Notes: a model not told the origin generated them from the sequence alone. 38,817 nt of DNA from Bacillota bacterium (GCA_023442495.1 JAEZZB010000017.1:1-38817); one strand, 5' to 3'; positions 20,609 to 31,407 are shown, counted from the first letter of the stretch. Made by a program: numbers and translations.

Positions 20609-21970
20609 TTATTTCGAAACTTCCCTATCCAGCTTTCTATACTCTATTCGCAAGAATATAAAGGCGAATAATCCTTTAAATATTGAAGAGATAGTAATTG
20701 CAAGCCATACGCCTTGATATTCAAAATATGGCATTAATATTAGTGATAATGGTATTCTAGCTATATTAAATACTGTTGAAATAATTGATTGAATATAAGT
20801 TTTCCCAATACCATAAAATACTCCGGAAGCTCCTATTTCAAAAGCCATTCCTAGTTGTGACATGGATAATATCAATAGATATTGAGCTCCCATTTCTATT
20901 GTTCTTAAATCATCTGGTAAGAATATTTTGAATAATTGATATCTAAATACTCCTATAATAAATGTTCCTATTAAACCAACTGCTACAATTACAGCCATGG
21001 ATTGTTTTATTACTTCTTTTAATCTATCATATAATTTCGCACCAAAGTTTTGACCTGTAAACGCTGTAATTCCTACTTGTAAACCATCTGCTGTCCTCCA
21101 TGTTATAGATTCAACCATAGAGCCTATTGAATAAGCAGCGATAGGTCCTGAGCCATAATTTGACATATATTTCATCAATATACCAGTGATAGAAGAATGC
21201 ATAAAGGACATAAATCCTACAGGGAAACCTTTTTTAAATTTACTGTAAATATTATCTAAATGAATCTTACCATTAATTATACCTGTATATATTTCATTTT
21301 TTGATTTTATTATGTCTACAGTAAATATTATAAACACAACTAGTTGCGCAAATACTGACGCCAATGCAGCACCTGAAACACCTAAAGATTTAATTGGTCC
21401 CCACCCAAATATTAATATAGGATCAACAAAGATATTTAATACAAGTCCCATAACATTAGCAACAAATGGAAAAAAACTATTTCCCACACTATTATATATA
21501 TTGGAAAAGGTCATATTAAGACCATTTATTATAAATCCAAGTGCAAATATTGTTAAATATGATTTTGCCATGCTATGAACTTGGTCTGTTAAACTATAAA
21601 AGTTTAAGATATTATCTGTAAAGCCAATTATTATTGATGTAAATAATCCAACAACTATGAATATTAAAACTAAACCATTTTTTATAGTATCATTAAGTCT
21701 TTTTGTATGACCACTTCCATATTCTTGAGCAACAAATACGGACGTTCCAACCCTTGCAATATCTGCAATAGATGAAGCCATCCATACAAAATATCCTACT
21801 GAACCTGTAGCTGCTACTGCATCAGTCCCTAGTCGTCCTAGCCAAGCTGTATCCGTAAGATTGTATGCCATATTGATAAAAGATGTAGCCATTAAAGGAG
21901 CACTCAAAAGAATTAAATTCTTTAGAATGCTCCCATCAGTTAAATTGAGTTTTCTATTAATTGATTTCAT
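20609..21970 (-). CDS. MATE family efflux transporter
   Basis: LT.GSI.K.LI.LS.P, YNLTDTAWLGRLG, DPILIFG..GV.GAALAS, GQNFGA; about 12 TMs. The ATG at 21970, overlapping the end of coaX, is preferred over 21997. Confidence 0.92.
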   Translation of the reverse strand: MKSINRKLNLTDGSILKNLILLSAPLMATSFINMAYNLTDTAWLGRLGTDAVAATGSVGYFVWMASSIADIARVGTSVFVAQEYGSGHTKRLNDTIKNGLVLIFIVVGLFTSIIIGFTDNILNFYSLTDQVHSMAKSYLTIFALGFIINGLNMTFSNIYNSVGNSFFPFVANVMGLVLNIFVDPILIFGWGPIKSLGVSGAALASVFAQLVVFIIFTVDIIKSKNEIYTGIINGKIHLDNIYSKFKKGFPVGFMSFMHSSITGILMKYMSNYGSGPIAAYSIGSMVESITWRTADGLQVGITAFTGQNFGAKLYDRLKEVIKQSMAVIVAVGLIGTFIIGVFRYQLFKIFLPDDLRTIEMGAQYLLILSMSQLGMAFEIGASGVFYGIGKTYIQSIISTVFNIARIPLSLILMPYFEYQGVWLAITISSIFKGLFAFIFLRIEYRKLDREVSK

Positions 21971-22754
21971 ACTTTCTACTTTCAATCGTCTTTTCATATA
22001 TAATTCTCATACCTTCAAGAGTGATATCTTTATCATTTCTTTGAATATATTTTGAATTTTGGGTTATCATTTCTGAATATCCACCAGTAGCTATAATACT
22101 AACATCTTCTTTATCTTCACCCAATTCTAATAATATTTGTTCAATTACATTATCTATTAAACCTATAAATCCATAAAATAAACCTGATTTCATAGCATCA
22201 ACCGTAGATTTTCCAATTGCATTCTTAGGTTTATTTACTTCGATTCTTGGTAGTTTAGAAGTTCTCTCAAATAAAGCTTCTGAAGCAATTCCAAGACCAG
22301 GTGAAATAGCTCCTCCAAGATATTCTCCCTTTCTACTAACTACATCAAATGTAACTGCTGTTCCCATATCAATTAGGATTGCAGGTAATCTGTAATGTTC
22401 AACCATAGCTACTGAGTTAGCAATTCTGTCAGCACCTACTTCACGAGGATTGTCATGTTTTATAGGCACTCCTGTTCTTGTATTTTCCCCTACAACGACA
22501 GGTATGTGATTTAAATATTTCTTACATAGTTTTTTAAATGTTTGTTGTAATGTAGGAACAACAGATGCAATTACTACATCTTTTATATCATCAGACTTTA
22601 TATTTTCATGAGCTAATATGGATTCAATTTGAGATCCATATTCATCGTCTGTTTTAGTTTGCCTTGTTTCAAGTCTCCAAGATTTTATTTTTTTTTCTCT
22701 TTCATAGATACCTAAAACAACATTTGTATTTCCAATATCAATTAGTAAAATCAT
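21957..22754 (-). CDS. coaX: Type III pantothenate kinase
   Basis: IDIGNTN, SVVP, VGADR, DMGTAVTFD, GGAISPG, ATGG. Confidence 0.96.
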   Translation of the reverse strand: MILLIDIGNTNVVLGIYEREKKIKSWRLETRQTKTDDEYGSQIESILAHENIKSDDIKDVVIASVVPTLQQTFKKLCKKYLNHIPVVVGENTRTGVPIKHDNPREVGADRIANSVAMVEHYRLPAILIDMGTAVTFDVVSRKGEYLGGAISPGLGIASEALFERTSKLPRIEVNKPKNAIGKSTVDAMKSGLFYGFIGLIDNVIEQILLELGEDKEDVSIIATGGYSEMITQNSKYIQRNDKDITLEGMRIIYEKTIESRKYEIN

Positions 22755-23329
22755 ATCTTTCCCTTATTATACTTTAATAATGCATTAGCTATTGGTGTTG
22801 CAATTATCATTGCGATAATCATTTCTACTACTCCGTGTGTAACTGCTATATATCCTATTACTGCAAATGCACTTTGCCCTACTTTGCCAGTAGCTTCTAA
22901 ATAATCTTTTGCATATAGTATATATATCATACCAAGTACACCAATCGTATTTACTATTGACCCTATACCTGCTGGAATTAGATTTTGCAAATTGTATTTC
23001 CAATTTTTATTTCTAAGACCATCTGCCATTAATCCTGAAAATAACCCGATAAGTATTCTTGGTAATACTGAAACAAGCGGGTTAATAAATATAAATGATG
23101 TAATATTTGGTCTAATTAAAGAATTTAAAAGTGATGATACTCCAAATACTCCACCTATTACAGCTCCTAACTTTGGTCCTTTAACTATCGCTAGTATGAT
23201 AACTGGGATATGCACTAATGTTGCATTCATAAATGGTAGCGGTATATAACCAAGTCCTGGTATAGCTAACATAACAATAATAATTGCTGACATTAAACCT
23301 AATAATGTAATATCTTTAGTATTTTTCAT
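22751..23329 (-). CDS. panT: ECF transporter S component, probably pantothenate (PanT)
   Basis: LGYIPL...T.VHIPVI, G..FG..S, NPLVSVLPRILIG, NT..VL; translationally coupled to coaX. Confidence 0.85.
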   Translation of the reverse strand: MKNTKDITLLGLMSAIIIVMLAIPGLGYIPLPFMNATLVHIPVIILAIVKGPKLGAVIGGVFGVSSLLNSLIRPNITSFIFINPLVSVLPRILIGLFSGLMADGLRNKNWKYNLQNLIPAGIGSIVNTIGVLGMIYILYAKDYLEATGKVGQSAFAVIGYIAVTHGVVEMIIAMIIATPIANALLKYNKGKI

Positions 23330-23339
23330 AATTACCTCC

Positions 23340-23365
23340 GATCTGGTTCATTAAAGATACCAGTC
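23340..23365 (-). ncRNA. pan-motif-like cis-regulatory RNA hairpin upstream of panT-coaX
   Basis: Minus strand GACUGGU-A-UC-UUUAAU-GA-ACCAG-A-UC: a hairpin with one bulged A on each arm, directly followed by the GGAGG SD and upstream of pantothenate genes. Confidence 0.7.
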
Positions 23366-23388
23366 ATTTTTTTATTTCTTAAACTATA

Positions 23389-23904
23389 TTATTTTTTTAA
23401 TTTATATTTTTTGAATAAATCTTGTATTAAACTTGCTTCTTCTTTTTTTATTCTGAAAAATCCAGTTTTTTCGTCAATACCAGATTTATATAAAACAGAT
23501 ACTTCGCCCCTTTCTTTATCAATTTGCCATTTTTTTAATTGGTCCCATTCAATCCATTTTGAATCTGCTACAAATCCATTGCTTGCTATAACATTTTTTG
23601 TCATAGATTCAATGGTTAAAGCTATAGATAAAACTAACATTAAAACACCGCTTAAAATCATTCCTTGAATTAAATTATAAATACCAAGTCCTGCTATTAA
23701 AAATAATAGTATACTCATCATTTTATTGTTTTGCTTTGTAACCTTGTATACTTCTCCTGTTGCATTTTTATTAGCTTTGATTGTTGCAAATGATCTATAT
23801 AGAAAATATCCAGTAAGCGCTAAATAAAGAACAACAAGTAAACCTTCTCCACCAAAGATACTATTTGAGTTTTGATTATTTTGATTAGCTAATATCATAA
23901 ACAT
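23389..23904 (-). CDS. Membrane protein with three TMs and a C-terminal soluble domain (DUF5673/bacterial PH-like)
   Basis: The ATG at 23904 follows AAGGAG just after the ftsH stop. TMs are followed by I..NGF....WI.W..LK.W, typical of such families. The family assignment is tentative. Confidence 0.65.
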   Translation of the reverse strand: MFMILANQNNQNSNSIFGGEGLLVVLYLALTGYFLYRSFATIKANKNATGEVYKVTKQNNKMMSILLFLIAGLGIYNLIQGMILSGVLMLVLSIALTIESMTKNVIASNGFVADSKWIEWDQLKKWQIDKERGEVSVLYKSGIDEKTGFFRIKKEEASLIQDLFKKYKLKK

Positions 23905-23905
23905 A

Positions 23906-25828
23906 TTATTCTCCTTCAATTGTATTATCTTTATTTTCAACATTTTCATTATTAATAGCTTTATTTTCGGATTTAATTAACTCTTCCACATCTTCTGAAT
24001 AATCATCCCCAACAATAGTATATTTCTTAGCTATTTCAACATATTTTTCTCTTCTTATGGTTTCTTCATTTAATAATGTTTGAGCTAATTCTTCTAAGAA
24101 TTCTCTATTATTTACAATAATTTCTTTTGCTTTTTCATAAGCATTTTTAATTAAATCTGTAACTTCTTTATCAATTATAACAGCTGTTTGTTCAGAATAA
24201 TGATCTCCTTTTGAGTAATTATCTCCACCTAAAAATACATTTCCAGATCCATCATCATATTGTATAGGTCCTAATGAATCACTAAAACCATATGTTTTAA
24301 TCATAGCTCTTGCAATAGCAGTAGCTCTTTCAATATCATTTGAAGCGCCTGTTGAAATATCTCCAAGTACCACTTCTTCCGCAGCTCTACCTCCAAGTAA
24401 TGCTACTAATCTATTGGTCATTTCAGTCTTTGTCCTAAATGATTTATCTTCTTCTGGTAAATAAGCTGTAAATCCTCCAGCATCTCCTCTTGGAATTATA
24501 GTTATTATATGAACAGGATCTAGTCCTTTTATAATCTCTGCAGTTACTGCGTGTCCAGCTTCATGATATGCTGTTAAAACTCTTTCTTTTTGAATAACAA
24601 CTCTTGATTTCTTTTCAGGACCTGCCATTATTCTAATGGCAGCTTCTTCAAGTAAATTAGGAGTGATTTCATCTTGTCTATTTCTAGCTGCTAGCAATGC
24701 TGCCTCATTTGTTAAGTTTTCAAGTTCTGCTGGTGAAAAACCTGCAGTTGATTTTGCAATTGCATTTAAATCTACTTTAGAAGAAAGATTTTTATTTTTA
24801 GTATGAACTTTTAGCATTTCTTCTCTTTCACGAACATCTGGCATAGAAATTTGAATTGTTCTATCAAATCTACCAGGTCTTAATAATGCTGGATCTAATA
24901 TATCAGGTCTATTAGTTGCAGCAATAATAATTACGCCTTCATTTTTTGAGAATCCATCCATTTCTACTAAAAGTTGGTTAAGTGTTTGTTCTCTTTCATC
25001 ATGTCCTCCACCTAAACCAGATCCTCTTTTACGACCCACAGCATCTATTTCATCTATGAAAATAATACATGGAGAATTCTTTTTAGCTTCTTGGAACATA
25101 TCTCTTACCCTTGATGCCCCAACACCTACAAACATCTCAACAAAATCTGAACCAGATATACTGTAAAATGGAACATTTGCTTCGCCTGCTACTGCCTTTG
25201 AAATAAAAGTCTTACCTGTACCAGGAGAACCAACTAATAATACACCTTTTGGTATTCTTGCACCTTGTTCGACATATCTTTTAGGATTTTTTAAAAAATC
25301 AACTAGTTCTGCCATCTCTTCTTTTTCTTCTTTTAAGCCTGCAACATCCTTAAAGTTTATAGTGTTGTTTTTGTCAAGATGTAAGCTTGCTCTACTCTTA
25401 CCAAATTTCATTGCCTGATTATTTGAATTAGCTCCCTTTGCTACAAACATAAATAGTATGAATCCCATACCTGCCAGCATAATAAATGATGGTAAAAAAT
25501 TCATAATATAATTATTTTTATTCTGAGCTAAGCCTACATACTGAATTTGATTATTCTCTACTTTTTCTTTTAAATACTCATCATAAAAATTTGCTTGGAA
25601 TTCTATAGGTAATTCTGTTGTATATTTTTGATTATTCTTAGTAATAATTTCAACGCTACTACCTTGTGTAGTAACATTAGTAACACTATCTGAATCAATA
25701 AACTTTAGCAATTCATTTACACTTATATTATTTGTAGTATTAAATAATCTGCTAAATAGACTTACTATTAATACAAACATCAATACCATAGATAATAAAG
25801 GCATAAAATTCTGTCTTTTTTTATTCAT
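23906..25828 (-). CDS. ftsH: ATP-dependent zinc metalloprotease FtsH
   Basis: Two TMs, [26 protein letters not shown] motif [37 protein letters not shown]. Confidence 0.98.
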   Translation of the reverse strand: MNKKRQNFMPLLSMVLMFVLIVSLFSRLFNTTNNISVNELLKFIDSDSVTNVTTQGSSVEIITKNNQKYTTELPIEFQANFYDEYLKEKVENNQIQYVGLAQNKNNYIMNFLPSFIMLAGMGFILFMFVAKGANSNNQAMKFGKSRASLHLDKNNTINFKDVAGLKEEKEEMAELVDFLKNPKRYVEQGARIPKGVLLVGSPGTGKTFISKAVAGEANVPFYSISGSDFVEMFVGVGASRVRDMFQEAKKNSPCIIFIDEIDAVGRKRGSGLGGGHDEREQTLNQLLVEMDGFSKNEGVIIIAATNRPDILDPALLRPGRFDRTIQISMPDVREREEMLKVHTKNKNLSSKVDLNAIAKSTAGFSPAELENLTNEAALLAARNRQDEITPNLLEEAAIRIMAGPEKKSRVVIQKERVLTAYHEAGHAVTAEIIKGLDPVHIITIIPRGDAGGFTAYLPEEDKSFRTKTEMTNRLVALLGGRAAEEVVLGDISTGASNDIERATAIARAMIKTYGFSDSLGPIQYDDGSGNVFLGGDNYSKGDHYSEQTAVIIDKEVTDLIKNAYEKAKEIIVNNREFLEELAQTLLNEETIRREKYVEIAKKYTIVGDDYSEDVEELIKSENKAINNENVENKDNTIEGE

Positions 25829-27095
25829 TATTTATCCTTTCAATTATTATTTCTGTGTTTTCTAAATTCGTTTTATATATATTTCCTATAAATTTAATTT
25901 CTCTATCCATTTCAATTATTGGAATATAATCTCTTTCATATTTGTCAATTTTCATATCAATAAGAAAATCCTTAACTTTCTTAGTAGAATTTTTTAATTT
26001 GATTCTATCTCCATTTTTTCTTTTTCTAATTATTATGTCATTATTTAAATTTTTTATATTTATTAAATAATCATTAACTCTTATTTTACCATCTTTTTTT
26101 ATTATAAAGTCTTTTTCCAAATCATTTTTTATTATTTTTCTAATTATAAAATTATTAAATGAATTATAAAAAATTATTCCATTTATTGTTAAATCGACAC
26201 CTTTTTTTGATTTAATGATTTTTAATATTTCATCATAATGCGAATTTGTAAAATTATAATTATTATGAATCCTATCTAAAAGATTTCTAATTATCAATGT
26301 TTTTTCATAGTCATTATAATAATTTAATTTTATTGAATCTATAATTATATAATTATTTACTTGTTTACTTATTTGATTTATAATATTACCAATTTCATTT
26401 TCTACAAATCTATTATTTAATATCGAAAAATTAGATAGTTTAGAAATAGATTCATGAATATTGCTATTGTATTCTTTTTTAATTAATGGAATTAATTCAT
26501 TTCTAATTTTATTCCTCGTATAAATATTTTCATAATTAGTATGATCCTGTCTGTAATCGATACTGTTTTTTGAAGAATAATCTAATATTTTTTTCTTAGA
26601 AATATAAATTAATGGTCTAAGAATTTCATAATTATCTTTTTTTTCATATTCTTTAATGCCTTCCAGACCAGTTAAACCTGTACCCCTAATTATACGCATA
26701 ATTATAGTTTCAACATTATCGTCAAGATTGTGGGCAAAAACTAAAATATAATTAGGATTATTTGAAATAATGCTTTCAAATAGATTCATTCTGAGTATTC
26801 TTCCAGCTTCCTCAATTGACACATCATGATTATCTCTATATTCATACATTGAATACGCCTTTGAATGAAATACTAAATTGTTTTTTATTGAAAAATCTTC
26901 AACAAATTCTTTATCTTTTGTAGATTCTCCATCTCTAGTTAAATGATCAAAATTAGCTACTTCTATATCTAAATTTAATATATTTCTCAATTTTACTAAA
27001 TCATGAAGTAGAGTCATAGAATCTACTCCACCAGAAACTGCAGCTAAAACTTTTTTATTTTTTAAAATATCATAATACTTCTCTTGAATTAGCAT
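25821..27095 (-). CDS. tilS: tRNA(Ile)-lysidine synthetase
   Basis: PP-loop [26 protein letters not shown]....Y.RN.IR. Confidence 0.95.
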   Translation of the reverse strand: MLIQEKYYDILKNKKVLAAVSGGVDSMTLLHDLVKLRNILNLDIEVANFDHLTRDGESTKDKEFVEDFSIKNNLVFHSKAYSMYEYRDNHDVSIEEAGRILRMNLFESIISNNPNYILVFAHNLDDNVETIIMRIIRGTGLTGLEGIKEYEKKDNYEILRPLIYISKKKILDYSSKNSIDYRQDHTNYENIYTRNKIRNELIPLIKKEYNSNIHESISKLSNFSILNNRFVENEIGNIINQISKQVNNYIIIDSIKLNYYNDYEKTLIIRNLLDRIHNNYNFTNSHYDEILKIIKSKKGVDLTINGIIFYNSFNNFIIRKIIKNDLEKDFIIKKDGKIRVNDYLINIKNLNNDIIIRKRKNGDRIKLKNSTKKVKDFLIDMKIDKYERDYIPIIEMDREIKFIGNIYKTNLENTEIIIERINNE

Positions 27096-27115
27096 GATTC
27101 CCCACTATATTTGCT

Positions 27116-27493
27116 TTACTGATTATTAGTTTCACTGATTGATTCTTCATCAGTTTCTTTATTGCTTTCTTCATCAGGATTTATATATATTTTTTCATCC
27201 TTTTTAATCATACCTAAGTCTTTTCTAGCCTTTTCTTCAATATATTCTAGAGAATTTACTACACTTATTTCCTTAACTAAATCTTCTATTTTATTTTTCA
27301 TATTTTGCTGTTTTGCTTGTAAAAGTTGATATTCTTTATTTAAATTAGCTATTTTTATTTTTTGTCTAACAAATGTAACAATTAGAAAAATACTAATAAT
27401 CGTTGAAATAAAAAACAGAATATTTAATAGTCTATTAGATTTTCTAAATCTTCTATATTTTTCACTTTTTCTTTGTCTTTGTCTATTTTCCAT
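27116..27493 (-). CDS. divIC: Septum formation initiator (DivIC/FtsB family)
   Basis: Basic N-terminus, TM, coiled coil, YIEEKARKDLGMIK; ATG at 27493 after GAAGGA. Confidence 0.85.
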   Translation of the reverse strand: MENRQRQRKSEKYRRFRKSNRLLNILFFISTIISIFLIVTFVRQKIKIANLNKEYQLLQAKQQNMKNKIEDLVKEISVVNSLEYIEEKARKDLGMIKKDEKIYINPDEESNKETDEESISETNNQ

Positions 27494-27497
27494 TAAA

Positions 27498-27743
27498 TTA
27501 TCCTTCAATCACTCTAAATAAATCATCAGCGTTGCTTTTATTTGTATTTTCTTTTAATGATAAAACTTCAAATTTCACGATCTTATCTCCAAATTGAATT
27601 TCTATAATATCTCCTATTTTAACTTCTGTCCCTGGTTTAGCAACAACTGAATTGATTTGAACTCTACCGCTTTCACATGCAATTTTAGCAACAGTTCTTC
27701 TCTTAATTATTCTAGAGTTTTTTAAAAACTTATCAATTCTCAT
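27498..27743 (-). CDS. yabO: S4-domain RNA-binding protein (YabO/RqcP, Hsp15-like)
   Basis: MRIDKFLKNSRIIKRRTVAK.AC..GRV.IN...AKPG..VK.GD; ATG at 27743 after GGAGG. Confidence 0.92.
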   Translation of the reverse strand: MRIDKFLKNSRIIKRRTVAKIACESGRVQINSVVAKPGTEVKIGDIIEIQFGDKIVKFEVLSLKENTNKSNADDLFRVIEG

Positions 27744-27760
27744 ATGCCCTCCATTCAAAT

Positions 27761-27829
27761 ATTATAACATAATTTAAGTAATATATAATAATATACTATA
27801 TTTGTAATATGTAATAAATATGATAAAAT
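27761..27829. promoter_or_regulatory. Divergent promoters for the yabO operon and PTS EIIA
   Basis: Minus strand TGTTATAAT (27769-27761). Plus strand TTGTAA (27802-27807), 16 nt, TAAAAT (27824-27829) with extended TG. Confidence 0.55.
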
Positions 27830-27855
27830 TAATTTATAAATAATTAGGAGGAAGT

Positions 27856-28323
27856 ATGAGCTTATTCGGGAAAAAATATAAATTAATATCGCCATTAACT
27901 GGTAAATTAAAAGATATTACTGAAGTAGATGATATAACATTTGCACAAAAATTCCTTGGTGATGGTGTTGCAATAGAACCAACTGAGGGTATTTTACTAT
28001 CACCTATAGAAGGAAAAGTTATTCAAGTTTTTCATACAAAACATGCTATTGGCATAGAATCAAAAGGCTTAGACTTATTAATTCATATCGGTATGGATAC
28101 AGTTGAATTAAAAGGGGAAGGATTTAATGTATTTGTAAATGAAGGTGATAATGTAAATGTTGGTGATAAGCTTGTAGAATTTGATATCAATTTTATAGAA
28201 GAAAAAGGTTACAAAACTGATACAGCTATTGTTATAACAAATACAGATAATTTCAAATCTATAGAAAAACAAATTGGAAATGTTGTAGCTGGTCAAGATG
28301 AAATAATGATAGTAAGAAAATAA
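27856..28323 (+). CDS. crr: Stand-alone PTS glucose-family EIIA component
   Basis: D..FAQK.LGDG.AI.P, TKHAIG, and phospho-His motif LIHIGMDTV.L.GEGF. Confidence 0.92.
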   Translation: MSLFGKKYKLISPLTGKLKDITEVDDITFAQKFLGDGVAIEPTEGILLSPIEGKVIQVFHTKHAIGIESKGLDLLIHIGMDTVELKGEGFNVFVNEGDNVNVGDKLVEFDINFIEEKGYKTDTAIVITNTDNFKSIEKQIGNVVAGQDEIMIVRK

Positions 28324-28326
28324 TTT

Positions 28327-28350
28327 AGGAGCTGAAAACAGCTCCTTTTA
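28327..28350. terminator. Terminator between convergent EIIA and cyclohydrolase genes
   Basis: AGGAGCTG-AAAA-CAGCTCCT followed by TTTA. Confidence 0.8.
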
Positions 28351-28962
28351 TTATAAATTAATACTTAATCCTACATCTTGACATTTTTCTAAATAAAGAT
28401 AAAATTTCTTTTTATAGTCTTCTAATTTATTATTTTCTCTTTCAATAAATTCATCATCTAAAGTGTAATTTAGATTTAATCTTGCATTTACATATGAAGA
28501 TTTTATACTTGCATTTATTTGAGCAATAGCTACATTTATTTCAGATTTTGCCATATCATCTACATATTTATTCATAATTAATAAATACTCAAAAAGATCT
28601 AAAGCATTTTCAACTAAAGACAATGATGAATTGTATGCGATTTTATATGCTTTTTTTATTTCATTCTTTCTCAAACTTTTTTCTTCATCAGTATTTTTTG
28701 GTAATTTATAAGCTTTTATAACTTCACCAAACATCATTCCATCTTTCATAATGCTTTCTTGATAATAATCTCTTATTTTTATAATATCATCATAAAATTT
28801 CTTATCAATTAAATTTATAAAATTCGTTTCTTTCTTTAACATCATATTATATGCTTTTACAATAAGAGTAGCTGCAAAAGCTCCCGAAAAAGCTCCTACA
28901 GATCCACCACCTGCTCGATTATCTGCCATTTCAAGAATTTTCAAATATTCTTTTATTTCCAT
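28351..28962 (-). CDS. Cyclodeaminase/cyclohydrolase family protein (FTCD C-terminal/FchA-like)
   Basis: AGGGSVGA..GA.A and D...F..V..AYKLPK.TDEEK..R...I, plus N..LNL. Confidence 0.8.
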   Translation of the reverse strand: MEIKEYLKILEMADNRAGGGSVGAFSGAFAATLIVKAYNMMLKKETNFINLIDKKFYDDIIKIRDYYQESIMKDGMMFGEVIKAYKLPKNTDEEKSLRKNEIKKAYKIAYNSSLSLVENALDLFEYLLIMNKYVDDMAKSEINVAIAQINASIKSSYVNARLNLNYTLDDEFIERENNKLEDYKKKFYLYLEKCQDVGLSINL

Positions 28963-28963
28963 T

Positions 28964-29419
28964 TTAATAATATCTTTCCTTTAATACCCTTTCTATATTT
29001 CTTTTGTCATCTTTTTCTTTTAAATCTTGTCTTTTATCATATAATTTTTTACCCTTAGCTAGACCAATATCGACTTTTATAAGCCCTCTTACTTCCTTAA
29101 CTTCTAATGGAATTAAAGCATATCCTTTTTCATTAATCTTTTGATTAATTTTCCTTATTTCAACTTTATTTAATAGGAGTTTTCGTGTTCTTGTAGGGTC
29201 TAATTTACTAAAATTATTACCATATTCGTATGGTGTAACATGCATGCCCACAATAAATACTTCATTATTTCTTACTTGACAAAACGATTCTTTTATTGAA
29301 ACTCTTGTTTGTTTTATACTTTTCACTTCATTACCTTCAAGTACAATGCCCGCTTCAAAATATTCTTCTATAAAATAATCATGTTTTGCTCTTCTATTTT
29401 TTGCTAATGTTTTACTCAT
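28964..29419 (-). CDS. smpB: SsrA-binding protein
   Basis: NRRAKHDY, EAGIVL.G.EVKS, R.RKLLL, GKKLYDKR. Confidence 0.98.
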   Translation of the reverse strand: MSKTLAKNRRAKHDYFIEEYFEAGIVLEGNEVKSIKQTRVSIKESFCQVRNNEVFIVGMHVTPYEYGNNFSKLDPTRTRKLLLNKVEIRKINQKINEKGYALIPLEVKEVRGLIKVDIGLAKGKKLYDKRQDLKEKDDKRNIERVLKERYY

Positions 29420-31335
29420 TTTTTCTCTTCTCTTACTAAACTAAAATCTATCTCTCTAAGCTCTATATTGACTTTATCCACTCTTATTCTAACTTCTTGA
29501 CCTATTGAGTATACTTTTTTCTTATGAGCACCAATAACTCTATAATTTTCTTCATCAAATTCATAAAAATCGTCATTCATAGCTCTAAAGTGAATCAGCC
29601 CCTCAATAGTATTTGGTAATTCAACAAATATTCCAAAATGGGTAATCGATGAGATTATCCCAACATATTCATTTCCCACTCTCTCTACCATATATTCACA
29701 TTTCTTCAATGCATCTACATCTCTTTCAGCCTCATCAGCTTTTCTTTCAGTCTCAGAAATATGTTCAGCAATTTTATCTAATTTCTTAAGATATGATCTT
29801 TTTGCCTTTTTATAATTATTATGTATACTTGCTTTTGTAATTCTGTGGACCACTAAATCACTATATCTTCTAATAGGCGCTGTAAAATGCGAATAATTTT
29901 CTGTAGCTAGACCAAAGTGAATATTTGGCTCTCTTCTATACTCTGCTTTTTTCATAGTTCTAAGCATAATATTACTTATTGTGTATGATAAATTCGTTCC
30001 TTCAACTTCTTTGAGTATTTTTTGAAAATCTTTAGGATATAATTTATCACCTTTTATTTGTAAACCAAATTTTGAAATAATCGATCTGAATTCCATTACT
30101 TTTTCATCAGAAGGTGCCGCGTGCACTCTATACATAAATGGTACCTCAATATTAGCAAAATGCTCACCTACTACTTCATTTGTTAAAACCATAAATGATT
30201 CAATTAATCTATTTGCAACTCTTCTTTCATCAACTTTTACCTCAATAGGTGTTCCGTATCCATCAAGAACTATTTTTGATTCCTTAAAATCAAAATCAAG
30301 TGCACCATTGGAATATCTTTTATCTTCTAGTATTTGATGAAGTTCTTTCATTAAATACAACTTTTCTTCAAGTTTAGAATTATTATATACATTCTTCTTA
30401 TTTTCTAGAAAATTAGATACATCATCATATATCAATCTATAGTTACTATTAATTACAGATTCATAGAAATCATAATCAATTACCTTGCCTTTTTTATCTA
30501 CTTTCATCTTAACTGTTAATGTTAATCTATCTTTATTTGGATTTAAAGAACATAAGCCATTTGATAGTGCTTCAGGAAGCATTGGTATTACTCTATCTAA
30601 AAGATAAACTGAATTCCCTCTTTCATATGCATCATCATTAATTCTCCTATTTTCAGTAACATAATGTGCTACATCTGCTATATGAACATATAAAATATAA
30701 TCATCTTTATCCTTTTCAATAGAAATAGCATCATCAAAATCTTTTGCATCTGCTCCATCAATTGTTACAGTAAATAAATTTCTGAAATCTTCTCTATTTT
30801 TAAATTCTTCTTTACTAGGGTTACCGGGTAAAGAATTGGCATATTCTAGAGTTTCATGTGAAAATTCATCCGGCAAATCAAATTTCTTAGCAATTGCTAG
30901 AATTTCTATTCCTGTGTCATTCATATTGCCTAAAACTTCCACAATTTTTCCTGTAGGATTTTTATCTTTTCTATCAAAATATAATATTTCAACAACTACT
31001 TTATCATTATTTTTAGCTTTATTAACATGATCAGTGGGAATAAAAATATCGTAGTTGGCATGCTTACCATCTAAAATAACAAAACCATATTTTTTAACTT
31101 TTTGAAAATCACCAACTAAAATTTCTCTATTTCTTTCAAGTATTTCGACAACTTCGCCTTCTGCCTTATGCTCTCCTTGAGCATCTTTAGTAATTTTTAT
31201 TCTTACTCTGTCATTATCCAAAGCTTTATTTAATGATGCTCTTGAAATGAATATATCATCAATATTATCGTCATCGGCTATAAAAAAGCCAAATCCTTTT
31301 TTGTTCAATCTAACTTTTCCATCTAATATTCTCAT
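29416..31335 (-). CDS. rnr: Ribonuclease R (short form)
   Basis: CSD GFGF, RNB motif TIDGADAKDFDDAIS, HFGLA...YSHFTAPIRRYSDL, C-terminal S1; secG-rnr-smpB synteny. Confidence 0.95.
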   Translation of the reverse strand: MRILDGKVRLNKKGFGFFIADDDNIDDIFISRASLNKALDNDRVRIKITKDAQGEHKAEGEVVEILERNREILVGDFQKVKKYGFVILDGKHANYDIFIPTDHVNKAKNNDKVVVEILYFDRKDKNPTGKIVEVLGNMNDTGIEILAIAKKFDLPDEFSHETLEYANSLPGNPSKEEFKNREDFRNLFTVTIDGADAKDFDDAISIEKDKDDYILYVHIADVAHYVTENRRINDDAYERGNSVYLLDRVIPMLPEALSNGLCSLNPNKDRLTLTVKMKVDKKGKVIDYDFYESVINSNYRLIYDDVSNFLENKKNVYNNSKLEEKLYLMKELHQILEDKRYSNGALDFDFKESKIVLDGYGTPIEVKVDERRVANRLIESFMVLTNEVVGEHFANIEVPFMYRVHAAPSDEKVMEFRSIISKFGLQIKGDKLYPKDFQKILKEVEGTNLSYTISNIMLRTMKKAEYRREPNIHFGLATENYSHFTAPIRRYSDLVVHRITKASIHNNYKKAKRSYLKKLDKIAEHISETERKADEAERDVDALKKCEYMVERVGNEYVGIISSITHFGIFVELPNTIEGLIHFRAMNDDFYEFDEENYRVIGAHKKKVYSIGQEVRIRVDKVNIELREIDFSLVREEKK

Positions 31336-31407
31336 AATACATCCTTTATTTTTAGGGACTTTTTTTAATTATATCATTAAATACTATATTATAAAAAACT
31401 TTAAAAT

